The notes beneath the pieces were generated by a model, which worked only from the letters and a program-made list of their open reading frames with translations, made no database searches and was not told where the DNA came from. DNA of 64,000 bases from a virus, in IMG/VR virus record IMGVR_UViG_3300009151_009564, positions 9,525 to 73,524 of that record; one strand, given 5' to 3'. The position numbers and the translations under genes were made by a program. Below, piece after piece: positions 49,656 through 58,120 of the stretch. Every line of letters begins with the position of its first letter. The first letter of the stretch is position 1.

Positions 49656-50177
49656 ATGAAAAAAACAATATTTATAAATTTATTTGGTGGTCCGGGTACG
49701 GGTAAGTCAACCCTATGTGCAGCTATTTTTACTGAGTTAAAAACTCGTAGTGTTGATTGTGAGATGGCACTTGAATATGTTAAAGACCTTGTGTGGGAAG
49801 AATCATTCAAGAAGATTGAAAACCAGATTTATATTTTTGGTAAGCAACAAAACCGTTTATTTAGACTTAATGATAAAGTTAATGTTGTTATAACAGACTC
49901 ACCTTTATTGAATAGTATTGTTTATTACACCGGTGATAATCCACATTTCAAGGATTGTGTTATGTGGGAGTTTAAAAAGTTAGATTCTATCAACTATTAT
50001 TTAAGTCGTTCTTTTGAATATGTTAATAATGGTAGGATGCAAACTTTGGAAGAAGCTAAAAAGGTTGATGACAACTATAAGAAGTTACTTGATGATAATG
50101 GAGTAGATTATATTCTATTAGATGCTGGATTGGAAAATGTTCCAAGGATAGTTAATGATATATTAAAATTACTATAA
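49656..50177 (+). CDS. P-loop NadR/AAA_28-like kinase
   Basis: INLFGGPGTGKST, EYVK, ITDSPL, GRMQT. Confidence 0.75.
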   Translation: MKKTIFINLFGGPGTGKSTLCAAIFTELKTRSVDCEMALEYVKDLVWEESFKKIENQIYIFGKQQNRLFRLNDKVNVVITDSPLLNSIVYYTGDNPHFKDCVMWEFKKLDSINYYLSRSFEYVNNGRMQTLEEAKKVDDNYKKLLDDNGVDYILLDAGLENVPRIVNDILKLL

Positions 50178-50377
50178 TGAAAAAAATAATTATATTACTT
50201 GTTTTACTTATTGTATCCGTTGAGGTTAATGCTCAATGTGGATTTCGATATAATTATATTATTTGGTTGAAAAGTCAGGATACTGCTCGTAAGTGTCATC
50301 GAGATACTCCTAAAGTAGATCTTAAAACGACTAAAATGATTAAACCGGTTAAAGACACAAGAAAATTTGTTAAATAA
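50177..50377 (+). CDS. Small secreted protein
   Basis: Signal peptide MKKIIILLVLLIVSVEVNA|Q. Confidence 0.55.
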   Translation: MKKIIILLVLLIVSVEVNAQCGFRYNYIIWLKSQDTARKCHRDTPKVDLKTTKMIKPVKDTRKFVK

Positions 50378-50397
50378 AAAACTTAGTCATATATTTG
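50366..50397 (+). promoter_or_regulatory. Bacteroidota-type promoter upstream of tRNA-Arg
   Basis: TTTG-N20-TATATTTG; overlapped by a TAATATATA element. Confidence 0.6.
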
Positions 50398-50414
50398 TAA
50401 TATATATGATAAAT

Positions 50415-50487
50415 GGTTCCATCTTTCAATGGATCAGGAAATGGAGCTTCTACCTCCACAATACAGGTTCGAATCCTGTTGGAACCA
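50415..50487 (+). tRNA. tRNA-Arg(UCU)
   Basis: GGTTCCA/TGGAACC acceptor, TGGAG-CT TCT AC-CTCCA anticodon arm, ACAGG-TTCGAAT-CCTGT T arm; CCA not encoded. Confidence 0.9.
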
Positions 50488-50489
50488 CA

Positions 50490-50521
50490 AAAAAATCCTA
50501 AATTTCATTTAGGATTTTTTT
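50490..50521. terminator. Terminator hairpin after the tRNA
   Basis: AAAAAATCCTAAAT...ATTTAGGATTTTTT. Confidence 0.65.
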
Positions 50522-51421
50522 TATCCATTTACGAATAGACGTATCTGATACTCCATATTTTCTACCTGTCCCACAGTAACCAAGTTCTTCTACTTGTTTT
50601 AGTAACTGTTCTAAAGGTGGTCTATCCAACTTTTCTCTTGATTTATCAAAGCACTTTTTACAACGGTTGTTACCTGTCCAGACCTGTATTCCACAAGAAC
50701 AAAAACTTTTATTTTTTGGTTTGTTTAGACTTTCTAATAAATATTTATCATAATCAAAATGTTCTAGTGGTTTATTATCAATAATAGATCTAATTAAATG
50801 GGTCATTTTTTCTTCATTAAAAAATAAACTATAGTGTAATTCATACACCTTATATCCAAGATTGGAAATAAAATCGTGTCTTTCTTGATAGTATGGTTTT
50901 AGTGATCCGTCCTTATTGTAATGTTGATTACCATTTACCTCTATTGCTATTTTATATTGTGGTAATGATATATCAATAGAAAATGATCTTTCATCTGACG
51001 GTGAGTGTTCTGGTAAGTATTTAATACTTAGCCCGTCTAATACTTTCTTAAAATTTTCACACGGAGCTGATTTAAACTTTGTATTTTTTTTCCATGGATG
51101 TTTATCCGGGTTTTCCTTTAGATATTGTTTTCTTTTTTCGGATATTTTTAATTTAGTTTCATCACTAGGTTTACATCGAGGTTTTATTTTATACATAATC
51201 ATCCTTGTCTCTTCTTCAGTTCTCATTCTAACATTATTATCTTCTAAAAACTTTCTTAGTATAGTAAAGGTTGATTTATAATTGATACTTAATTGAGTTA
51301 AACTCAAACCAGAATTATATTCTTCTATAATAGAAGTATTCAAATTACAATTGTTTTGATGTCTTATACAAGCACCATTATTCTTGAATAAGATATTACA
51401 TTTATTACATTTATATTCCAT
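50498..51421 (-). CDS. Putative homing endonuclease (DUF559/Vsr-like) next to tRNA-Arg
   Basis: SDETKLKISE NUMOD3-like, FSIDISLP..IAIEVNGNQHY, C-terminal HTH GRKYGVSDTSIRKW. Confidence 0.7.
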   Translation of the reverse strand: MEYKCNKCNILFKNNGACIRHQNNCNLNTSIIEEYNSGLSLTQLSINYKSTFTILRKFLEDNNVRMRTEEETRMIMYKIKPRCKPSDETKLKISEKRKQYLKENPDKHPWKKNTKFKSAPCENFKKVLDGLSIKYLPEHSPSDERSFSIDISLPQYKIAIEVNGNQHYNKDGSLKPYYQERHDFISNLGYKVYELHYSLFFNEEKMTHLIRSIIDNKPLEHFDYDKYLLESLNKPKNKSFCSCGIQVWTGNNRCKKCFDKSREKLDRPPLEQLLKQVEELGYCGTGRKYGVSDTSIRKWIKKILNEI

Positions 51422-51533
51422 ATTATATATATTAGTATAAGTCTGTTCCGTTGTTCGATTTTTTATTAATCGGGACTTTTTTTTATGGATTTTTTTTAGT
51501 ATTTTTGATACTACATGATATGATATATATTAT

Positions 51534-51998
51534 ATGGATAAATTTTCAAAAATAACAGAAAGTGTTACTAATCCAATAAAAATCGGATTAGATTTACACG
51601 GTGTGATAGACTCAATGCCTGAGTTCTTTGCTTTCTTCACAAAGGCTATGATTACATCGGGAGCAGAGGTACACATTATTACGGGTGGAGCATCAGAAGA
51701 TGATAAAAAACTATTGAAGGAATATAATATACAATATACCCACATATTCTCGATTTCGGATCATCACAGAGAGTTAGGTACACCAACTACAAAACTTCAC
51801 CCAAAACATGGGTTTATGATGGTTAGTGATGAAGAATGGGATAAAACAAAAGGTGAGTATTGTCGTAAAAATAACATATCTTTACATATAGATGATACAT
51901 TAGTTTATAATGATTACTTTACAACTCCTTTTGCAAGGTTGTGGACACACAATAACCGTCCTAAAGGAGATCATAAGGATTCCAAACACTTATTATAA
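51534..51998 (+). CDS. HAD-like protein with CTS-like N-terminus
   Basis: MDKFSKITES; IGLDLHGVID, IITG, K, HIDD. Confidence 0.65.
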   Translation: MDKFSKITESVTNPIKIGLDLHGVIDSMPEFFAFFTKAMITSGAEVHIITGGASEDDKKLLKEYNIQYTHIFSISDHHRELGTPTTKLHPKHGFMMVSDEEWDKTKGEYCRKNNISLHIDDTLVYNDYFTTPFARLWTHNNRPKGDHKDSKHLL

Positions 51999-52165
51999 TG
52001 AATAGATATTGTAAGAAATGTGATTCATTGGTACAACCGGACTCAAAAATAGGTTCTGGTACATTACCAGATTGGTATAAGTGTCCGAAGTGTGGTAGAG
52101 TACATTCAGCGACCACTATGAATAAACAAAAACATAGAGATAAAATTTTAAAAAAGATATTATGA
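51998..52165 (+). CDS. 55-aa zinc-ribbon protein ending in RD motif (not in ORF track)
   Basis: YCKKC..KCPKC..HRDKILKKIL; coupled at both ends (TAATG, ATGA). Confidence 0.65.
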   Translation: MNRYCKKCDSLVQPDSKIGSGTLPDWYKCPKCGRVHSATTMNKQKHRDKILKKIL

Positions 52166-52608
52166 AGATAAGTGCAGGAACTGCTATAATTTACAGAAAT
52201 AAAATATTACTATGTCATCCAACGAATAACAGTTGGGTGAATTCTTTCTCTTTACCTAAAGGTGGTGTTGATGAAGGAGAAACTATTATAGATGCTGCAC
52301 TTCGGGAGACAATGGAAGAAGTAGGTATTGCTATTAAGCGTACTCAAATATCAAACTTAAACAGTCCACTTGAGTTTGATTATATAAATAAGAAGAATGA
52401 ACTTTTCAAAAGGGTTTATGTTTATGTTGTCAAGATCGATGACTTGTCTGAAATAGGATTAAAGTCTGAGATACTACCAACCGATCAGTTGCAGATATCG
52501 GAGGTCGATTGGGCTGGGTTCTTGAATATTGAGGAAGCTCATATTAAGATTTTCTACAGGTTTAAATCACTTTTAACTGATTTCTTACATGAAGATCAAA
52601 CAGTATAA
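52162..52608 (+). CDS. Nudix hydrolase
   Basis: PKGGVDEGETIIDAALRETMEEVGI Nudix box. Confidence 0.9.
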   Translation: MKISAGTAIIYRNKILLCHPTNNSWVNSFSLPKGGVDEGETIIDAALRETMEEVGIAIKRTQISNLNSPLEFDYINKKNELFKRVYVYVVKIDDLSEIGLKSEILPTDQLQISEVDWAGFLNIEEAHIKIFYRFKSLLTDFLHEDQTV

Positions 52609-53167
52609 TTTTATTAGAGGTAAGTCGAATACAGGTAAAAGTATGGCGGTTATTTCGTTGGTTAAAAACCTTCGTAATATAACAATATACTTTGACCTTG
52701 ATTTAGGTAATCCGTCTAAATTTAAATCTCTAAAGGGTAGTAATGTGACGGTTATTACTATGCAGAACCCAACATATACTACATTGTTAAAAACTATAGT
52801 TTCTCTTAATGAGAACTGTTTTGAAATGTATAATTTTGTGTTTGATTCTACGGATAGGTTGGATGGTAGTTTTACTGAGTTCTTAGAAGTTTTACCTAAA
52901 AACCATCGATATTTCTTCGTTACAAACAATATATCAGTTAAACCGGATAATGCTTATAACTGGGAACAAAGTGAGATTATGTCTTATCATGATTTTTATA
53001 TTATTCCTCCTAATAGTGTATCTGTTTTTGATATGATTAGAAAAGAGGATGGTGATATTCATATGTATAATCTGAATACAAAGGAATCTTATAATATTGG
53101 TGATATATCACAGGCTATAAGAAACATGAAAATAAATGAAGTGTTGTCAAATGAAACCGAAACTTAA
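52589..53167 (+). CDS. P-loop-containing protein with RN-variant terminal motif
   Basis: GKSNTGKS, IYFDLD, FVFDS; RNMKINEVL. Confidence 0.55.
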   Translation: MKIKQYNFIRGKSNTGKSMAVISLVKNLRNITIYFDLDLGNPSKFKSLKGSNVTVITMQNPTYTTLLKTIVSLNENCFEMYNFVFDSTDRLDGSFTEFLEVLPKNHRYFFVTNNISVKPDNAYNWEQSEIMSYHDFYIIPPNSVSVFDMIRKEDGDIHMYNLNTKESYNIGDISQAIRNMKINEVLSNETET

Positions 53168-53423
53168 ATATCTTGATGAGTTATATCTAAAAGAAGCCAA
53201 ATCCTCTAAAAGAATTGGTTATTGGTGGTATTATGATAGTGATTATTATAATGACTATTTTGATAGGTTTGAGCACTATGATTGTTCTGATGCTTATTAC
53301 TGGTATTATGATTGGTTGGAAGACCCGACTAGGTGGCGGGATGAGAAAATATCGGAAATTTTAGGAGAGAAAACCAAGCCTACATTGGGTGATATTTTTC
53401 CAGAAAGTTTGACTATCAAATAA
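53136..53423 (+). CDS. Tyr/Asp/Trp-rich small protein with RD motif
   Basis: YWWYYDSDYYNDYF..; RDEKISEIL; true start probably ATG 53151. Confidence 0.55.
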   Translation: MKCCQMKPKLKYLDELYLKEAKSSKRIGYWWYYDSDYYNDYFDRFEHYDCSDAYYWYYDWLEDPTRWRDEKISEILGEKTKPTLGDIFPESLTIK

Positions 53424-53439
53424 ATTTGATTTATCTTTG
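53408..53439 (+). promoter_or_regulatory. Bacteroidota-type promoter
   Basis: TTTG-N20-TATCTTTG. Confidence 0.7.
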
Positions 53440-53453
53440 TTTAAACAAACGAT

Positions 53454-53594
53454 ATGAACGAGTTACTTAATATTGAATATATCAGGGAAAACATTGTTTC
53501 GGATTCATTATATAATGATTTTAATGTAATGACATCTGACTTCTTAATGAAGCAAGAAATGAATAAACTTTTATATGAAATGGAACAGTCCTAA
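53454..53594 (+). CDS. 46-aa hypothetical protein (not in ORF track)
   Basis: MNELLNIEYI...YEMEQS, first ORF after the promoter. Confidence 0.45.
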   Translation: MNELLNIEYIRENIVSDSLYNDFNVMTSDFLMKQEMNKLLYEMEQS

Positions 53595-53763
53595 GTTCAA
53601 CTTAGTAATCGGTATTATTTGTGGTTTGGTAGCGACCTTACATACTTTCTATGGTTTAAATCATGGATTTGATGATAAAACTACTTTTCACGCAAGTATA
53701 TCAGGATTTTTATCTGGTTTAAACTTATTTATTTATATCAGGTCGGGTGGCCGAGTGAAGTAG
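53575..53763 (+). CDS. Small two-TM membrane protein whose 3' end overlaps tRNA-Cys
   Basis: Two hydrophobic segments; last 23 nt lie inside the tRNA. Confidence 0.5.
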   Translation: MKWNSPKFNLVIGIICGLVATLHTFYGLNHGFDDKTTFHASISGFLSGLNLFIYIRSGGRVK

Positions 53764-53812
53764 GCGTAGGATTGCAAATCCTATAACGGTGGTTTGAATC
53801 CATCCCTGACCT
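53741..53812 (+). tRNA. tRNA-Cys(GCA)
   Basis: GGTCGGG/CCTGACC acceptor, TAGGA-TT GCA AA-TCCTA, GGTGG-TTTGAAT-CCATC, U discriminator. Confidence 0.88.
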
Positions 53813-53824
53813 CAAATCTTTTTT

Positions 53825-54052
53825 ATGGAAGAAATTATATTACAAAATGGTTATCAGAAACTTAGCCATGGTTATAAGAAAGTGATAGTTCAGGATGGAT
53901 GTTCAATAGAACACTTTATTACTTTATTTACAGAATCCAAGGTTCAATTATTCTCCTTCTATGAAGATGGTGAAGAGAAGATTTATGATACCTCCGTTGT
54001 TGAAATGACACCGGAGATTTTACAAACATTTATTAACGTATTAGTTAAATAA
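53825..54052 (+). CDS. Small hypothetical protein
   Basis: 75 aa ORF in operon. Confidence 0.5.
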   Translation: MEEIILQNGYQKLSHGYKKVIVQDGCSIEHFITLFTESKVQLFSFYEDGEEKIYDTSVVEMTPEILQTFINVLVK

Positions 54053-54059
54053 CTATATT

Positions 54060-54464
54060 ATGACAATCGAAATGAAAATTAACGCTGATTTTATGGTAGC
54101 TTTCAAAGCACGTAATACAACAGCAAAGACCCTTTTGGGAACGGTAAAGGGTGAGATGCAGAACCTTAAAAAAGTCCTTATGGTTGAAAGTCTTTCAGAT
54201 GAGAAATCTATTGAACTTCTGAATAAGTTTGCAAAAAACATGAAGGAAACAATTCGATTAACTAATGACGAAGCAACCAAAGATGAACTTGCTATTATCG
54301 AATCATACCTTCCAAAACAAATGTCTGAAGATGAAGTAAACGCTAAGCTTGACGAAGTATTAGCATCAGGTGCAACAAACATCGGAGCTATTATGAAAGC
54401 ATTTGCTGGTCTTCCAGTCGACAAGAAAGTATTGTCTGAACTTGCTAAATCTAAAATGGCATGA
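54060..54464 (+). CDS. GatB/YqeY domain protein
   Basis: AFKAR...ELAIIESYLPKQMSEDE...IGAIMK. Confidence 0.85.
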   Translation: MTIEMKINADFMVAFKARNTTAKTLLGTVKGEMQNLKKVLMVESLSDEKSIELLNKFAKNMKETIRLTNDEATKDELAIIESYLPKQMSEDEVNAKLDEVLASGATNIGAIMKAFAGLPVDKKVLSELAKSKMA

Positions 54465-55150
54465 TTAAAGTATCAAAAGAATCATTTAAACAGCTTTTAG
54501 AAGCTGGTGTAACCCTTCAATTCCCCTACAAAACTAAAATATCTAGTTGGTATGGGGAATTGAAAGCTTATAAACAGTATGATGGGTTTTATCATGTTGA
54601 CCATACTCGATTTTCTGATATTGATCAGGCTGTTGATTTTTTCATAACAGAAGCTTTTACCTCTAAAAATGTTGGTTATATTCAGTCAAGATTGATGAAC
54701 AAGAACCTTTTAGGTGAATACGACTTAGAAAAACCTACTTCAAAGATTAAAAATCTCTTTCAGGAAGAGGGTAAAGTTGTTGATGAAGAATCCAAAGTTT
54801 GGAATCTACAACCAATTGTTTTTCCGAAAGCAAAAGATGCTGTTTCAGAATTCAAAAAATTAGTTAAACTCCTAACGCCTGAAAATATCAAATCTTCTTT
54901 GGGAGACTTTGAGAAAAAATATGCTACCCTTGATCCTTATATCAGTATTTCATATAAGTATGATATTGAGGGAGTTGATCATGGGTATAGAATAACTTTT
55001 GAGTATGAAGATTTTTCAATAGAGGGGTTAAATGAGGCTAAAAATAGAAGTGATTTACCTCAACATAAGATGACTTGGAATTGTCTTCATATTAGCTTCA
55101 GAGTTAAAGGAGATAACGGAAATTTTCATTTTTTTGATTTAAATTTTTAA
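54461..55150 (+). CDS. Hypothetical protein
   Basis: 229 aa, ATGA-coupled. Confidence 0.6.
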   Translation: MIKVSKESFKQLLEAGVTLQFPYKTKISSWYGELKAYKQYDGFYHVDHTRFSDIDQAVDFFITEAFTSKNVGYIQSRLMNKNLLGEYDLEKPTSKIKNLFQEEGKVVDEESKVWNLQPIVFPKAKDAVSEFKKLVKLLTPENIKSSLGDFEKKYATLDPYISISYKYDIEGVDHGYRITFEYEDFSIEGLNEAKNRSDLPQHKMTWNCLHISFRVKGDNGNFHFFDLNF

Positions 55151-55151
55151 T

Positions 55152-55676
55152 ATGTGGTATATAACTTGGTGTGAGCCTTATGTAAATTACAGTAAAATAC
55201 AAGGTGGTGGATATTATGTAAATTGGAAGTCAAAAACAGAAGATGAGTTTACTGATAACTGGATAACTGCAAAGAAGTATAAAACCTTCAATTCTGCTGT
55301 TACTCGATTGGGTCTTCGTATTACTCAACATATAGATTCTGTTGATAAATTTATCGAACATAATATATCTTATGATGATAAGCAGGCTAAGCGAGATTTT
55401 CGTTTATCTAAACTATTAGGTGATACTCAAGATTTAAGAAACTTCCTATTGACCAAAGGTCGTATTGATAAAATAGATGAGAAAGGGAACTTTATGGGTG
55501 ACGCAACCGATGAAATAATCGATTGGGTTATGTCTAGTATTAAAGGTAATATAAAACGCAAAGAGGATCTCAAAAAGAAACAGGATAAACTTCTATTGGA
55601 AAGTGGATTTAAAAATGAAACAGTAGATGTTACTACTCAAAAATATGCGGATGACTTTTTAGACTTTTTTAAATAA
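55152..55676 (+). CDS. Hypothetical protein, internal RD motif
   Basis: RDFRLSKLL. Confidence 0.6.
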   Translation: MWYITWCEPYVNYSKIQGGGYYVNWKSKTEDEFTDNWITAKKYKTFNSAVTRLGLRITQHIDSVDKFIEHNISYDDKQAKRDFRLSKLLGDTQDLRNFLLTKGRIDKIDEKGNFMGDATDEIIDWVMSSIKGNIKRKEDLKKKQDKLLLESGFKNETVDVTTQKYADDFLDFFK

Positions 55677-55685
55677 AACCATAAA

Positions 55686-56057
55686 ATGAAGAAAGATACA
55701 AATTATAAATACCACCAAAAAGAATGGGACAAAAATAACGGAAATGTCTCCGCTACCGCTAGATCTATTCGTAGATCTCAGAAAATCAAGTTTGATAAGT
55801 TGAGATTATCCATATCTGATAAGATATGGTTTGATTCACTTAGTATGGACGAAAAAGAATCGGTTCATTCAAATTGGTATTTTACTTATCCAAACTTTAC
55901 TGATCGAACAAAATGGTCTTTTGTTACCTGGTCATCTGGTCATGATAATGCTCCACTAGAAGGGGAAAAAATTGAACAATATTGTAAAAGAATGACTCCG
56001 GGTTGTAAGAATACTCAAAGAGATTTAAAACTAAATAAGTTATTAAGTCTAAAATAG
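55686..56057 (+). CDS. Hypothetical protein, RD motif
   Basis: RDLKLNKLL. Confidence 0.6.
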   Translation: MKKDTNYKYHQKEWDKNNGNVSATARSIRRSQKIKFDKLRLSISDKIWFDSLSMDEKESVHSNWYFTYPNFTDRTKWSFVTWSSGHDNAPLEGEKIEQYCKRMTPGCKNTQRDLKLNKLLSLK

Positions 56058-56064
56058 AATAAAT

Positions 56065-56391
56065 ATGTCTAATTTTCTTGAAGATAATTATATTGAACCA
56101 TTAATATCAAAGGGGTATATTGAGGTACTTAGTATAAATCTACCGGATGGTACTTATTATAAGACCGGTGGTGGTTATGAGTTTCATATACATGAAAAAA
56201 CAGGTAATAATTCTTATGATTTTACTTCCTATACTATAGTTACTAATGATGGTATAAGAGGATCATGGAATCATGAAAGAGATATGGTTATTATAAATGA
56301 TGGTCTGCCATTAGATGAAAATGTTTATAAAATAATGACTTGTGCTTTATCTGATATAAGAGATGAAAAAATTAATAAGATTATTTTATGA
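56065..56391 (+). CDS. Hypothetical protein, RD motif
   Basis: Ends RDEKINKIIL. Confidence 0.6.
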   Translation: MSNFLEDNYIEPLISKGYIEVLSINLPDGTYYKTGGGYEFHIHEKTGNNSYDFTSYTIVTNDGIRGSWNHERDMVIINDGLPLDENVYKIMTCALSDIRDEKINKIIL

Positions 56392-57158
56392 TTTTTATTT
56401 CCAAAGAAAACAATGGATACTTTAATAAGGGAGAACATTATGAGGTAGTTCCATCCCCAAATCAGTGGAATGATAACTGGTTAAAGGTTTTAGATGGAAA
56501 TGGAAAGGAAATTATTGATATACAAAAAAAATTACTTGATTTCTATTTCATACCTATTGATGAATATAGAGACGAACAAATAAATAAAATTTTAGATATG
56601 TATAAAGGAAATATTATAATGTTGGGTAAACCAGCATGTGGTAAAGGAACCCTCGCAAAATCTCTTATAGATAAGTACAACTATTCACTTATCTCGACCG
56701 GTGACATCCTTCGTGATGAAAAGAAATCCGGTTCCGAAATCGGTAAGAAAATAAATCACTTAATAGGTAAGGGAAACCTTGTACCAGATGAGTTGATTTT
56801 TGAAATCATCGAGAATAAGTTAAAAACTATTGATGGTCAAGTCATCATAGATGGTACTCCAAGAACTATACCACAGGGTGAGTTTTTAGATAAAGTAGTT
56901 GATGTTAAATTAGTTTTGTTTATTGATGTTTCTGATGAAACTACTAAAGAACGAATTAAACAACGTGGTAAAACATCTGGTCGTGACGACGACCAAAGTC
57001 CTGAAATTGTTGAACGTAGGTTAAAACAGTATAAGGATGAGACTGAACCATTGGTTGACTTCTATAAAAAGAAGGGTATTCTATCTTATATTGACGGTGA
57101 AAAGTCGAAGGAAGAAGTCTTAAAACAAGTCGAGAATATACTAAAACTCTGGAAATAA
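56388..57158 (+). CDS. adk: Adenylate kinase (short LID) with a 70-aa N-terminal RD-motif module
   Basis: LGKPACGKGT, ISTGDILR, GNLVPD, IDGTPRT, GRDDD; kinase domain starts at Met 56598. Confidence 0.88.
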   Translation: MIFISKENNGYFNKGEHYEVVPSPNQWNDNWLKVLDGNGKEIIDIQKKLLDFYFIPIDEYRDEQINKILDMYKGNIIMLGKPACGKGTLAKSLIDKYNYSLISTGDILRDEKKSGSEIGKKINHLIGKGNLVPDELIFEIIENKLKTIDGQVIIDGTPRTIPQGEFLDKVVDVKLVLFIDVSDETTKERIKQRGKTSGRDDDQSPEIVERRLKQYKDETEPLVDFYKKKGILSYIDGEKSKEEVLKQVENILKLWK

Positions 57159-57169
57159 TCCAGAGTTTT

Positions 57170-57201
57170 TTTGTTATTTATCAATAAATTTCGTATCTTT
57201 G
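57170..57201 (+). promoter_or_regulatory. Bacteroidota-type promoter preceded by a terminator hairpin (about 57144-57170)
   Basis: TTTG-N20-TATCTTTG; AAACTCTGGA..TCCAGAGTTT upstream. Confidence 0.7.
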
Positions 57202-57215
57202 ATTAAATTAATCAT

Positions 57216-57851
57216 ATGGTACGATTTGAATCATTTCATTATATATATCCACCTCGTCCAAAAAATGCTGTTCCTGTTGGAGAGCTTGACTTTTGGGATG
57301 ATGGTTCTATGATTGCTCAGCCTAAACTTAATGGGTCTAATGCTGTTATTTTCATGAACGGTAAGGATGTTTATGTTTATAATCGTCATAATCAAAGACT
57401 TACTAACTTCAATCTTTCTAAAGAAGAACTACTTCGATTATACAGTGGTTCTGGTTGGATGGTTATAAATGGTGAGTATCTTAACAAGAGTAAGAAGGAT
57501 GAAACCGGTGAAACTTTTAATCATAAGTTGATTATTTTTGATATACTGGTTCATAACTCAAACTATCTCTTGGGTTCTTCTTTCCAAGAAAGGGTCAATC
57601 TTTTGGATTCTTTGTATGGAAAAAACGACTCCGATAAGTCTTACTTATATTCTGTTGGTGAAAATGTTTATCGTGTTAAATCGTTTGAAAAGGGGTTTAA
57701 AGAAGCTTTCGACACTTTGACCAAAATAGATATGATTGAAGGGTTTGTTATGAAACGTAGAAATGGTAAACTTGAGATTGGTAATACGGAAAATAACAAC
57801 AGTAACTCACAAATTAAATTTCGTAAAGCAACCCGCAATTATAAATACTAA
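57216..57851 (+). CDS. ATP-dependent ligase-like adenylation domain, no OB domain
   Basis: AQPKLNG (motif I), NRH, INGE, IFDIL, EGFVMK, KFR. Confidence 0.75.
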   Translation: MVRFESFHYIYPPRPKNAVPVGELDFWDDGSMIAQPKLNGSNAVIFMNGKDVYVYNRHNQRLTNFNLSKEELLRLYSGSGWMVINGEYLNKSKKDETGETFNHKLIIFDILVHNSNYLLGSSFQERVNLLDSLYGKNDSDKSYLYSVGENVYRVKSFEKGFKEAFDTLTKIDMIEGFVMKRRNGKLEIGNTENNNSNSQIKFRKATRNYKY

Positions 57852-58120
57852 TGACTACTAGACATACACAAGGAGCAGACGATGTGGTTTGCTCCTTACT
57901 AGTTAATGATAAAGATGTAAATGGATGTATTCGTCATGAACGTGACGTTATGATTTCATTTGGAGTTGAAGTTTCCCCAACTGATTTTGCTGGGAGAGAA
58001 GTTATTTTCCATGACTTCTTTTTGACTTCCGGTCAGGCTTATCGTCTTTTGGGACAATTAGAAGTGATTTTGGGTAAGGAAGAAATAAGGGATCAAAAAA
58101 TAAATGATTTACTTACTTAG
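57851..58120 (+). CDS. Hypothetical protein, RD motif
   Basis: Ends RDQKINDLLT. Confidence 0.6.
   Translation: MTTRHTQGADDVVCSLLVNDKDVNGCIRHERDVMISFGVEVSPTDFAGREVIFHDFFLTSGQAYRLLGQLEVILGKEEIRDQKINDLLT

Noticed and set aside
50415-50487. Amber suppressor tRNA (CTA within the loop)
   Set aside because: The TGGAG/CTCCA stem gives a 7-nt loop CTTCTAC with TCT central; CTA is off-register.
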